Source: Podarcis bocagei | Taxonomy: Eukaryota | Assembly: GCA_964188305.1 (NCBI GenBank) | Contig: OZ076887.1 | DNA: 64,000 nucleotides | Direction: 5' to 3' (one strand) | Part shown: one piece after another, positions 24,989 to 38,104 of the stretch | How positions within the stretch are numbered: position 1 is the stretch's first letter | Layout of the letters: every line of letters starts with the position of its first letter | Notes under the pieces: model-generated | The model's database searches: none | The model's input: the letters and a program-made list of their open reading frames with translations, nothing else | Told to the model about the DNA's origin: nothing | Made by a program: the position numbers and the translations under genes

Positions 24989-27900
24989 AGATTCAAACTA
25001 CCAACATAGCCACAAACCTTTCTTTTCAAAAGAAAAAGGGAGGTGAGAGATTGAGATCTATACTTTGAATGAACCAAGAGGCAAATTTTGGGCATCCGTC
25101 TCTTTTACCACAGTCAAATTAAAAAACACATTTTAAGTTTTTAAAACAACCTGTCTGTTTGTGTTAATTGGCTGATAATATGAAAACACATTTGAACCAA
25201 TCCATCATTATGCATGTTGTTGCTTCTCCAGGATTATTTCCACTGGGGTCACATGGATTTATGCTCATTGGTAGTTTGGCTTATAGTACTCATATCATTA
25301 TAGTACAGTACTCATTCACCAACACTGAACAATAAATGAGAGGGAGAGTGACTCCATGAATGTACCAAGAGGTAACTTAAGTAGAGGTAGATGGGCCTGT
25401 GTCCCTGAGGTATGCTTCTTTTCACTGGTTAGCAGTACAGACATCATCAGCCTGTGCTCATGTTGGGAGCTTCTAGCTGCTTCTTACCTCCACTCCCTCA
25501 CAACATCTGCAAGGAAATGAAGTCTGTTTTCTAGTCGCTCGCCCTCCCACTCAGCAGCAGCTGAGGACTACAATACCCTCACAAGCTATTTTTGTAGTCA
25601 TAGGCTTTCATTAATTTCCCTCTTTCTCCTGACCCAAGACTAGGCAGACCAGTGGGAAAGAGTGAACTGTACATACTGAATAGTCTTTTAATGGGGAGAT
25701 CCAGACCATTGCTGTTTAAACCTTGAAAGGCACTTTTCTAGATAGTTACAGTAAATTCTACTTCATTATACTTTGTACAGAGCCAGAATGCTCTCCTTGT
25801 AAAAATGTAAACCACCGCTGAAAATCTTAACAGCTTGAGTGACAAATGTAATCTTTGGCCTCTAGTCTGTAATTGCTGCTAAAGTAGAGATAATCCAGTA
25901 CCAGAATTCTTGCTTACTGGAACAGTACCTCAACTGGCATTTCAGCCTTTTATCTCTCCTTCATATGCCTTTGCCTCTGCGTTCATCCAGCACTCATAAC
26001 ATGTCAAAGAACACAGCTAATCTTGGTGCTTCTTGGAACAGTTTATCAGAAAAACACTCAGTACAGCTCCAAAGTTACAAGACTCTTAACACAAGAGCTG
26101 CTGCTGCTGTTTATGCCAAATAAGTAATGTTTTCTAAAGTAACATGTTACATGGTGGGAAAAATTAATATGAATTCACACTGTATGATCCAACCTAACAA
26201 CCTAGTTTTTAGCTTTGTTTCTATAAACCTTCCGAACAGGTCAAAATGGCAAAGAAATAGTTTCTTGCCCTTAACATGCCTGATTGACATGTTCATGACT
26301 ATAGGCGTTAACAGTGCATGACCAAGAGGGGGGGGGGAGTATAAACACTGACCATTAATGTTAATGACAATGCAGATATTCTCTGCTGTTGTAAAGGTTC
26401 TACTTTATTTTAGATTTAATATTTTAGGGTTTTCTATATTATATTAAAACTAATTTTCATTCATAAGAACAATACAAATACTTGTTTTCGTTTTGACTTA
26501 TTAAATGCAAGTACTAGTGTTTACAAATTCTTAGGACCACTTCCAGAATACATTTCAGCTCTGAACACCCTCAAGTTCATTCATGCGGACAAAAAACAGG
26601 GTACAATCAGAAGCAATTCCCAATATCATTATGGTTGAAAAAAATACTGCCATTGCAACCAGTCTTTAATGTCTATTCCCAACTCTGCAAATCTTTTTTT
26701 GTTTTGTGCAGAGGTAAGAAATGTGGTGTCCACTACATCATCATTCAACTCCCTTGAGACCAATCCAGGGTGCAGAAGAGAAGGAACTCTCAGAACTGAA
26801 TTAATAGCATTCTCATGCTCTATGTTAACATTCTAAATTTGGTCTTATTTGTTATTAGTTAAGCAAACTTTCTGGTTTTGTTCCCAGTGAATAGTTTCCT
26901 TTTTCTAAAGCAATAAATTGTTTTTAATAAGAAAAACAACTTCAAATAAGACATGGGTCCCAACAAGAGGGCAAGTCTTAAAAAATGCCTCAAAATCAAA
27001 CAAAATAAAACCATCCCTCCCAAAAAGAAAACTGGCTTTATAATTGCTTATCTCTTCTGAATAATGGTTCTACAGAATATCACAACAATATAGAGCTTTG
27101 GGTCAGATATTTAGTTTGTGTGCATACATGACATTAGCCATTTCCATGGTATGACTTGAATGTTTTCTTCATTACAGGCATGTAGGCCATGTCCTCCTTA
27201 GTGTGCTGTTTATGAGATGTAATCCCACAAAAAATGCATTTATGAATATATTAAACTGTCTCATATTGGTTCAGCCCAGCCTTGTAAGTCCACAAAAGTT
27301 TACAGTACAACACAACATAACATAATGTAACATAACACAAGCCTGCTGGGGACTGGCAGAAGAGGAATGCTTGTCCACCCACTTCCTGTGTGGAATTCCA
27401 TTAGCATGCCTGCTAGCAATCCTTTCTTGCCCAAGGCTACCAGGCTAGTGATTAAATACAAGACTGGGTTCAGTCCATTGGTCCTTGTATCTCAGCACTG
27501 TCCGTAGTCTCTCAGAAAGAAGACCTTTTCAAGACACATTACTAGAGATTCTTTAACTGGAGATGCCAGCAATTTAAACCAGGACATTCTCCATTCAAAG
27601 CTTCTGCTCTGCTTAATGATATATGATCCCTTCCACAAGCACATCGGTTTGGAGCAGCATTATGCCTCAACCATGGCTTAAAATGTTTTTGGCAGCCTGG
27701 TTAGAAAGGCAGCTCTTAGGCATGCAGTGGCAAACCAAGTGCACCATGCTAGTGCACTGTCATAGCCATGGTTGCTCATGACCTTTCAACTTATAGTCAT
27801 ATCTTTTTACAATACAAATAAAGATATACTTAGAAATAAGTATATAAGATGTCAGAATTATTTCCAAGGTATACATTTTTTAAAAAGCAAATATGTTGCT

Positions 27901-30129
27901 AGAACAAAGTATAAAATGTTTCTCTCCTTAGATGTGACCCCCAAATATATATTTTCTTACCACATCTCTATAAACAAGCAAAGAGAAACATGCTCTGGTC
28001 GTAGGTTCCTAATCCCTCTGGAGAAAACCCAGATCATTTCCATTTAAGGCCATGTAAGCAGCAGCTGCACATTTTTGTCCCCTGAAGAAAATGAAAGTCA
28101 ACTCAAAGCTTAAATACATGCTTTGCTTTTTATATGTGCCAGTATTCCAAGACATCAATTATTTTCAGGTCCCTCTCATGTAACCTAGAAATTAAATAAG
28201 GTGTATTATTTTATCTGTGCATGACTGACATATGTCCAGAAGGTGCTTCAAACTGTTTCCCCTCTCTTCAGAGGACATGTGAGCATATTCACAAAGATAT
28301 GTAAAACTTACAATTATCAAATACAGGGATGGATGGATCACTTTTATTTGCATGGCACTTAAGAAACTGTGTCTAGATAAACTATAAAATTAGATAAGCT
28401 GGTGACAAAACTTCTGACAAATATTGGATATGCAGATGTGCTGTCAAGGAATGTTCACAAACATTCCAATTCTATAGGAACCAAAACATTTTTTTCAAGC
28501 CCAGGAGATAAGGAAGCAGAGGACAAAGAAGCCACAGGAAACAGTAAGGAAGGAGGGCAAGTTAGCTCATAATCAAAGAAGCAGGGCAACAGTAGGTGAT
28601 AAAACAAGGGTCTGAGGAAAGGGGACATCGAAGAGACCGAGAAAGGAGGAACATGAAAAGGGCTGTGAAAGGATATGAAAGCTAGGAGCTAAATGGCACA
28701 TTAAACGTAGGTTATGGGTGCAACAAAGGAATGTCTAGGCACGCTTTTTAAATAACAAGAATACAAAGCTGAAAATGAATGAACTGCAGCTAAAATATTA
28801 TGTTCATTTTTTACATGGTCTAGTCCTTCCTCTGCCCACCCCCTAATATTCTTAGGGTCTCTTCTCCAGTCTTCAGAGAGTAGCTGGAAGTAGGGAGGCA
28901 GAAAAAGGGCCCTCCTTTCCTTCTACTCTGCAGTTTTAATCTGAAATCTTAGGCTCAGTACTGCACCCAGAAGTCAGAAACTGATTGCACTAATGAAATT
29001 CCCTCTCACAAAGTGTGACTAGAACAATGGGGGTTTCGAACACTGCTGGTATTTGAGAAGGGATTTCCTAGGTTCACAATATTCTTTTCTGCACTGAAAT
29101 GATTTTTTAAATACAATTTCTTCTAGTAATTGTGGAAGAATGGTCCATAAATATTAGAACCGTCATAATACAACAGTCATAACGCATGTTTTCTAAACTC
29201 ATTTCTACGCTATAAACGACATATGTTTAATCATCAAAATTTCACATTTAATAAGTGTGTTAAATGAAACTCAAGATGCAACTTTCAATAGCCTGTATTC
29301 TATCCATATGTAAGTGATCCAATTTGTAATCACATGTGGTAAAACAAGATGGTACCTTCTTTCCAACTGACAAAAGTTCTTTAACTAAAAATGTATTTTT
29401 CTTGAAAGCCTCTGAGATCTATCACCCCAACAATAATGAAGCTCTACAGTGCTGATAAAAGGAGTGCTACTTGCATCACTCCTAAAATTGCTAATTTGAT
29501 ACAAACATCAGAGGGGGGGGGAGTCTCTTGCATTAGGAAGTGATTTCATATTTTGTTATGAAAAAAATATGGAAACTATTTGCCAACAGTGTGATAAATT
29601 TACCATAACATTGTGAAGTTTCTTGAGCTCTTTCACAGTCATGTGCAGAACCAATAGGCTACCATATTTACTTTCCGGCACAATCCGAAGACCTACTCCA
29701 GGAACACCACAAGAGATAATTTTGATTCCTTCCGTTCCCCAAACAGCAGATGCCACTTAATACTGCAAACTGTTTTGAAACTCATAATTTCAAAAGCAGT
29801 GTGTGGCATGAGAGAGACAGGTTTAGATCAAATCCACAGTAAGCATTACTAGAGTCCTGATCACTGGAAAAACTGGTCCTTAATATTCATTAGCACATGC
29901 AAAATAAAAATCATGTGTTTCAGTTTTTCGTTTTTGTACACAGCTTTACAAGAAAGTTACCGAAAACAGTAAGTCCAGTTGGGAAACAGTGAGAGATTTT
30001 GTCATTGGAAAGTGATGTGTACTAACTGTACACTTGTTATTGACTGAATTCACATGTCAATAACATTTGTAGGCATATAGAGTCCTTTCTAACTCACTCC
30101 TCTTCCCTATAGCTCAAGAACGAAATATC

Positions 30130-30357
30130 ACTGCTTTAAATGATGTAAGCTGTGCAACGTCCCTGTTCTTATAAAGCCTCTTCTATAACCAATCACTAGA
30201 GTTAAATTCCTGGATGACATCATGAGCCCTGCCTATGAAACTTTTGTTATTTTTTCCCTCCACCAACTTCAGTTGTTCCCACAAACTTGGTGACGGAGAA
30301 GCCTTGTAGTTTCCCAGAGCATACCATCACATATTTCAGAAATCACTGACTATTGAG
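30130..30357 (+). promoter_or_regulatory. PLN: PLN core promoter and non-coding exon 1 (exact TSS unknown; donor after 30357)
   Basis: CCAAT at 30189-30193, CRE-like TGACATCA at 30215-30222, E-box CAGTTG at 30270-30275. The segment gttcccacaaacttggtgac resembles my recollection of the human PLN 5' end. Donor GAG|gtaagg at 30357/30358 implies a 4870-nt intron. Confidence 0.7.
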
Positions 30358-32002
30358 GTAAGGGAATATGTTTTTTTTTAAATAAAAATAAAAATGTATA
30401 AGGGATTGTGGGTTTCTAAATTAGCTATCCTACTTGAAGAGAGAGGTCTGCAGCCTTTGTTGAGAAACATTAGCTTGATGCAGAACTCCAACACTGGTTA
30501 CCTTCTGCATCTTTTTAGGGTTGTTTGATAATAAATGCAGGTACAGCAAAAACATTTGAACATAGAGGGGGCAGGGTGTATGATTTGGGAAGAAACATTG
30601 TAAAAGAATTCAGACAGAATCAAGCTATATTTCAGTGCTTTGTAGACAGCAAAGGATCCTGCTGTCACAGTGTCAGAAATTTTGTTATTCCCCCTCCCTT
30701 CTAGACTCTCAATTTTCTATTGAAAATGTTACTATATCCTTATTATTATTTTTGTAAATGTATCTTATTTTTGTAGTGTTTACATTGCAGATTAGCAGTT
30801 AAGCAGTTTTGGTACGAACAGGTATACTTGTACATGTATTTTTTTACTACAGCCAAGCAAGCCACATCTAATACTAATATTCCCTGCAACCAGAGTATTT
30901 ATTTAAGAAAGCCCAAGGGTTTCTGCATAGCCAGTGAGAATTACATGACACCCCATGCCATATCACAAACTGATTTTTAAAATGGTGTTTTAAAATGGTT
31001 TGTAATGTGGCATGGAGAGGTGTTGCTATTTAAAAAACTCACCAAAAGCCCAGTGACATGTTGGGCACAGATTTAGTAGCCTGATTTCTTGGATCCTAGC
31101 CAGTGGCTATAATCCTACACAGTTAAGGTCACTTAAAAACACTGGGCTTTAAGAAGCCTAATCTTGTTGCATTGTTGTAGCCACTGTCATTAACTAGGTG
31201 TTTATTTCAAGCAGCCTACCTACAGTGTTAATTTACAAGTGACATGTAATGTTTTCAACCACTGAAGTGTTTTATTAAAGACACTCAGAATAGGCCCACT
31301 GAAATCAATGGTCTTAAGTTAGTCACCTCTGATCATTTCAGTGAGTCTACTCCAAGTATGACTTCGTTGGATCCAACCCACTGTCATGCTAAGAACAGAC
31401 ACACTGAATTCAATGGGGCTTAAGTTAGTCGTCATTTCAATGGGTCAGCTCTCAGTAAGACTAAATCTGGATCCAACTCACAATTGTAATCATGAGCACA
31501 TATACCAAAAACAGAAAAAGAAGCAAATAAAATCATTTTACCGTTTGAGAGAGGAGAGAACTATTTATAGAGCTGAAGGAAAGATTTACTGTATCATTTT
31601 TTTCTCTCCATCCACTAGTCACAGTTTTAATTCAAAATGCAGTCCCATGAACGTTTACTTGGAAATATGTTCTGCTGTGTTTCCCATGTAAAGGTGCCAG
31701 CAAAAATTAAAGGTGTTGTTATTGATCAATAAAGGCTTAAACTTGTTGCTAGAGGGAAGTTGTATTTTCACTAGAAAGCTGTTACTATTTGATTAAGTTT
31801 TGCATACTCAGAATTCCTTTTTAACATTGTAACAGAAATATATATTAGTGAAAACACTTATACACCAATAGAAACAGAACTCCCCATTTTCAAAGTACCT
31901 GATTTTGTAGTTTTTTTAATACTACCTAATTTCTATTCTAGACATTTTTCAAAGAAATCAGTTGCATTTTTATTTTTGTCCACAAGAGGCCTTTATACAC
32001 AA

Positions 32003-32029
32003 ACACACACACACACACACACACACACA
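32003..32029. repeat. (AC)n microsatellite
   Basis: Seen directly. Confidence 0.95.
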
Positions 32030-32969
32030 ACGCAGCAACACAGAATAACAGCCAATTCTGTTACATTATCACAGACACAAACACTAGCTTTCGGAAGACT
32101 CTCAGAGCAATTCTACATACAGCATGTTAGGATAACTTCCTTCACTGACTTAAATAGCAAAACTTGATCCATTTCACTGTATGTTCTCAAGTGGGGAAAG
32201 GGGCATAATAAAACTAAGAAAAAGTTTTATTTTTATTGTTATTTTTAAAGGGGGGGTGTTTGCTTTGTGATTTATTTTTTTTTAAAGGAACTTATACTGG
32301 AAGGAGGAAAATCTCAAAACATGCTTTAGATGCCCCGAAAGTTCTTTTCTGCTTCATTTTCCTTGCAGGAGAGATCAGTTCACTCTTAGGCTTTTCTCTT
32401 TGAAACAGCTTTTGTCACTCTTATGAAAGTGAGCCTTTTCTCTGTGACTGAAAATATGAACTTTCCCCTAACATTTTTTCCTAACATTCTATAATCCCAT
32501 TTCTGTTTCTCTTATTGACTCATCTCACCTTTTCCCTAGAATCTTGAACCAATTCTATTATTATTTATTATACTTTATTCAATTTCTATACTGGCCTGCA
32601 TGTAAACCTGGTGGTTTACAATATAAAAACACAAAAATGCATACCATAGTAACAAACAAAAATAATAACCCCCAAACAGTTTAAAAGGCCACAGATTGCT
32701 TAATTAGCCAATATATATGTGCTCATTGCTTCTTTCACGTAGCTTCTTGGGCACCACTATTCCTCCTTTTTCCATACTGTTGTTTCCTGCCCTTTCTCGC
32801 CAATGCCCAGTCTCCCCCCCCCAAAAAAAAATACATATATACCACTTCTATTTATCTTTCTTTTCTTGTTATACTTGATGGCTGACACTGCTCATGATAA
32901 GATTATATGATGCAGATCTGCCCCTAGCCTCTTAAACGAATCCCAAGACTGATTTAAGTGGGATAAAGT

Positions 32970-33188
32970 TACAGATGGGTAGCCGTGTTGGTCTGCCATA
33001 GTCAAAATAAAAATTTTTCTTCCAGTAGCACCTTAAAGACCAACTAAGTTAGTTCTTGGTATGAGCTTTCGTGTGCATGCACACTTCTTCTGTTTCAGTG
33101 TATCTGAAGAAGTGTGCATGCACACGAAAGCTCATACCAAGAACTAACTTAGTTGGTCTTTAAGGTGCTACTGGAAGAAATTTTTTTA
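32970..33188. mobile_element. Second Penelope-like fold-back insertion (same family, opposite orientation), in PLN intron 1
   Basis: Arms 33016-33090 and 33106-33180; 16-bp direct repeat ttaagtgggataaagt at 32954-32969 and 33189-33204; near-identical to the 18.5 kb copy. Confidence 0.8.
33100..33137 (+). ncRNA. Minimal type I hammerhead ribozyme motif (PLN-sense strand)
   Basis: Same motif; CUGAAGA at 33104-33110, GAAA at 33126-33129, predicted cleavage after C33133. Confidence 0.6.
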
Positions 33189-34356
33189 TTAAGTGGGATA
33201 AAGTAAATCTCTTCACTTGCACAGAAATAACTGATTAACTGCTGCCACTAACAGTATCAAAACAATTTTGGGAGAGGGACAATAGAACTGACTCCCAGCA
33301 GAACAGACTTATTCCTCAAAAATGTTGTGATATTAATGGTCTCACCCTCATTTATAAGCTGTCTCTCCTGAATGAACTTTCAAGAAGGGGAAATCAGCAG
33401 TAAACTGATGACCTCTAGTGGAATAATGAAGCAGCACTCGCCATTTTCTTTTTAAAAATTTTTTTAGAAAACAATGTAAGAACAACTGCTACTGCTCCTC
33501 TTCCTCTTTTCTATCTAGTGGACACTCATCTGTAATCAAAGAACCCATTTTTATTCTGAATCCTCCACTTTTTGTGTACTAACTACTTGATGTCTGAATT
33601 GACATCAGCAAAACTTTAAGTTAAATGGAATTGAGGGATTCAATTTTAAGAACTCTCAGTTTTCCGAACAAGACAGGAGAAAATAGACCAGACTACCCCA
33701 ATGAACAAAGTGGGATTTAAATGAACATAGGCTTGGGATGTGATTCTTGTTTCCTTCAAATGTCTTTTAAGGTCTAGTACAGAGATACAAAACAAAAACA
33801 AAAACAATAAACGGAACACTGATATCCTTCCAATGTCTTCTCCAATTTCAGAGCAATAATGACAGGCAACAGTATTCATCTAGCTATATGTATTGCAATG
33901 AAATGAGATCACAGCTGTTTGCTTATATGTTATGATTAATCATCAAGTCTTAACTCTTTGAAAAGCCTCATGTTGACAAATGCAAGTTCTTAACTACAGA
34001 AAAAGCCACAGCGTAGCTTGCCAAAAATACTGTTCTATCAAGAAGTATGTTGCTGACCTTCCCAGAGAGCGGAGTTTTTCCATCAAATAATTTCATCTTA
34101 AAATATTACATGCAGGAAGAGGGCATCTGTGCTTTTTATTCAGTAACAAGCGAGTGATAACTATTTCCATCAGCTAGCTATGTGACATGTCTGTGAAGTG
34201 TCACGCCATATTTAACAAAGGTGTTTAATACAAATCTGTTAGTATTTAATTCACTACGGCTTGCTTGGAATAAAATAAACACTTTAGCATAACTGAGTCC
34301 ATATTTGGCTAGAAGAAGGAACACCATTTTTACAAGGTCCCTTGAGTTGTCTTGTG

Positions 34357-34363
34357 CCTCCCT

Positions 34364-34424
<61 letters not shown>

Positions 34425-34427
34425 TGT
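34357..34427. repeat. Compound (CCCT)n(CT)n(GT)n microsatellite
   Basis: Seen directly. Confidence 0.95.
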
Positions 34428-35194
34428 TTTAGAGTATCTACCCTTGTCAAATGTAAACCGGAAAAACAAAAAGAAAAGAAAAAAAGAACTGAACATGGTG
34501 TCAGCCAAATATTTTAATGGCTAATGGTCTATTGCCCTTCATTTATACAGAATCAAACAGAGCTAAAAAGTAATGGAAAGTCAAGCCGAGTTGTAGAGTG
34601 TATTTATATAAAACATTCCTTTGCAAATGTGATCTAAGCTGAACAGAGCCCACCAACTATGCATTTTGGACTGCCAAGAGCTTGACAGCTTCACTGTTTT
34701 TGCAGTCTTGGGCAGGCATTAAAAACAGAAGGCTTAACAAGCCCTTTGTGAACCACCATACATGGCTGGTGGGCTACATTCAGCTTAATGGGTCACAAGT
34801 CACACCTGGTACGGCAAATGAACCACATCTCTCAGGATTGCTTTACAAGACATGGACGTGTTTGCAGCATGTCCACTGTTACTCTCTATGATGAATTGTA
34901 AACATGTGTACCCAGGAGGTGTATTCCAGCCAGATATTAAACACATGACTCTCTCCTTCAAATGTGTTATCGTAAACCTGCTGCAAACAGCTCTTTTCCA
35001 TATCATACACAGTGGTCTTGAGAACAAGTTTAGTGTGTGTGGTATTATTGAAAGGCAGGCCTGGTCTTATTGTTAAGATTTGTTTTTTATGTATAAGTGT
35101 CTCACACAGTAAAGAAATCTCACATGCTTGTTTCAAACATTTGGTTTTCTTGGAAATAATCTGCACTTGCCCTGGTCAATACACTGTTTGTTGT

Positions 35195-35350
35195 ATTTCT
35201 AACACTTCACTTTCCTGCTTTCCCCAGCTCCACAAAGACTCTTAAAACAAAGCAAACAAGAAGATATTAAGCACTTTGCACTGCCCTTGAAAACCACTGC
35301 TTCTTAAAAATCTGCACCCACTTCCTTAAAATTTGCGCTTTCCTGCTGCC
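35195..35350 (+). other. PLN: PLN intron 1 branch point and acceptor, plus 5'UTR part of exon 2 (exon starts at 35228)
   Basis: ttctaac branch-point consensus, pyrimidine tract and tccccag| ending at 35227; no ATG between 35228 and 35350. Confidence 0.75.
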
Positions 35351-35509
35351 ATGGAGAAGGTCCAGTACATAACCCGGTCTGCCATGAGGAGAGCCTCAAC
35401 TATTGAGGTGAACCCACAAACACGCCAAAGGCTTCAAGAGCTCTTTGTGAATTTTTGTCTCATCTTAATATGCCTCTTGCTTATCTGCATCATTGTGATG
35501 CTTCTTTGA
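35351..35509 (+). CDS. PLN: Phospholamban, 52 aa: [52 protein letters not shown]
   Basis: Direct translation. Strong Kozak gccATGG; RRAS16/T17 phosphorylation motif; C-terminal transmembrane helix with three Cys; nested antisense in CEP85L as in other vertebrates. Below the ORF-track length cutoff. Confidence 0.99.
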   Translation: MEKVQYITRSAMRRASTIEVNPQTRQRLQELFVNFCLILICLLLICIIVMLL

Positions 35510-36073
35510 AGTCTGGCTTCTTTGATTGATCTTCACTGCGCTGTGCAAATGGGGAAAGCAGCCAGAGAGAGAAAAGAACCAAAGAGGAAATTTCCAGCAC
35601 AAGGAAATCCTTGCAAGAAAGTCCAGCATTCGGACTAAACAATTTCTAACCGGCTGCACTATTCACACATTAGCCACTGCAACCACGTTAAAAGCTCCTG
35701 TACTGAACAGTGATTTGAAACGTATTGTTAAGTGTATGTTACAGACTTGTTTTACTGAATCGATGTGTTAGTAAAAAAAGCTATAAAATGTCCAATAGCA
35801 AGTTTTACATATGACCATCAATAAGTTTTAACTATGGCTCTGAAATGGGTTCACATTTGAATGGGTAGGTAGAGATGGAGGCTAAATGAACTGTTAACAG
35901 GTACACTTAGATCATTATATAGTTTAGAAAATATTCTGCACAGCCTACTTTCAAATCTTGAGTACTTTGATTGTTTACTCAAACTATTATTAAGCTTGCT
36001 TTAGCATGTTTATGACTGAAACCTTGAAATTAATGTTAAACCATTACATGGTCACAGACTTTCCAGTCTGAAA

Positions 36074-37339
36074 AATAAACGTATTCAATCAACCCATAGT
36101 TAAATGAAGTTAATTTTCCACCTGACATACATATTGCACATTTCAGCAATGGCATTTGTCTAGAACAGCCTGAAAGAAGCACTGAGACCCAAACCGTGGC
36201 CAGATGTAAATAAACCTTCAGGCATTAGATATATTTGCAAATACTGCATATCCTCGCTTGTGTGTTCAAGTAAGGTAATTTGAAAGTGGTGGAAGACACT
36301 GGATGTAGATAGAGTATGACAAGTAAGAGTTTTGTACACAAAAACCCAAGTAATGAAGTAAAACTGATATCAATACTTTTCTCAAACGTAAAAGTTGGGA
36401 TTCAATGCAGCGCTAAGGAGATTGTTCCATCAGTGCAAGCATTTCCTCTTGCCTGACAGAATGATCTCCCTTCCCCTTCTCTGCACACTGTTTTGAGGGT
36501 TCTCCAGAGCGGATTATGGGGAGGCACAGGGGGTATAGTGGGGATGGGGGTGAGGAGCCCTGTTGTGCTAGCACTGGTTTCCTCTAGCATGCCAGATCAG
36601 TTGAATCTAGCACTAAGTATGGGGAAAGTGCGAGGTCAATGCTTTGTATTTTGGCAATGCTCAGTAATATTTAAAACAGAATAAATGCTTCCATACAGTA
36701 AAAAAAAAAAAGTATTGATATAAGCAGTTTGTCCTTTGGTTGTGGGTTTGTTTGTTTTTAATTTCACTCCTTAAAATGGCATTCAGAGATCTGAATATTT
36801 GCTTCAATGTACAAAAAAGCCAAAACATCTTACTATGGATGTCTATATATTATATATTGGGGGGGGGGTATAGAGTCGAGTTTACTCATGGATTGGGCAT
36901 ATATGCTTTCAATTTCTTACCTTGGTTAATAATTGTAAACGGAAGAACTAGAGGATTTAATACTCCCCAGGAACCTTAACCATGGTCAAAGCTTTTCTAG
37001 GCACTGACCCCACCAATGGTTAAAAATGAGTTCATAATGTTTTGAAATCAAACTTATCATTTCTATGAAGTGTACATGTGATCATTTTAGCTGAACTGGT
37101 AAGAAGCAACCATGTCTAATGACTCATTAAATTATTATATTTGTTTCATACATTGAGAATGTACTCATCTAATTATGTTACACATGAACTGATCTTCCCG
37201 TGTTGAGAAAAACACACACATTAGGTTTGGTTCCTTCTTAAGATAAAAAATAAAGGTTAATGGATTGGCAATACATTTTTGGCTTATTTCTGTTTATTTC
37301 AATTTAAAACTGGTAAATAAATTTGATCAACTTGAATAA
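36074..37339 (+). other. PLN: Candidate PLN polyadenylation signals (AATAAA at 36074, ~36209, ~36680, ~37249, ~37316, ~37334)
   Basis: Multiple AATAAA hexamers downstream of the stop; PLN is known to use alternative polyadenylation. Which sites are used cannot be seen from sequence. Confidence 0.4.
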
Positions 37340-38104
37340 ATTTAACGAAGTGAGGCCCACCTGCACTATACATTTAAAACAGTATCACGCCACTTTAAAC
37401 AGTCATAGCTTTCCCCCAAAGGGGACTATAATTGCTGAGAAATCCATATAACCAAAAATTTTCGCTGGCCTTGGCAGCTGTCAAAATGTATGGCTGGGCC
37501 CTTGCCCCTCCCATTCAGAGCAATTCTATGAATGCTACCTCAGAAAAAAGGCCCATCGTGTTCAGGTGAAGCCATGTGGGATTATAGCATTAATTCCTGA
37601 TCTACCACTGAGCCTCTCCAGGAAGTTGGGAACTGCTGTGTTCTCCAATTTCAAACTTTTGTCGCTGTGGAAAGTAGCAAAAGTCTAGCCCCAATTTTGC
37701 CCCCTTGCAGCCAGGGAGAAAGGTTCGGATCATTTTGACAGACAGCAGGAAAGGTGTTCCTTGAACTACAGCTATCTGCTGCAAAAATAGCTCTCTCAAT
37801 CTTTTCCAGAGCTAGAGCCTTGTATGGCCGCCACCACCACCAAGACTGTCTCCAGTCTTTCCTGCTGGAGCCAGGAGAGACTAAGACTCCAAGTGGCTCA
37901 ATCACTATGCATTCACATGACCCACCTCAACTTCTGGAGTAGGCGATGGAGACAGTCAGATCAGTGCAGATGTGAAGATGACCCAAGCCTCCTCAAAGCT
38001 CCAACTTAAGAGATGGTGGCAGAGTATCCAGTCATCCTTTCCCAAGTTTAATTACCCACTTGCCAATGACCCACTCATCAAGGTGGAAAGCTGTATATAA
38101 CATA

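Noticed and set aside
34178-34524. ORFs with RE, SL, CV and HT dipeptide runs
   Set aside because: Translations of the (CT)n(GT)n microsatellite.
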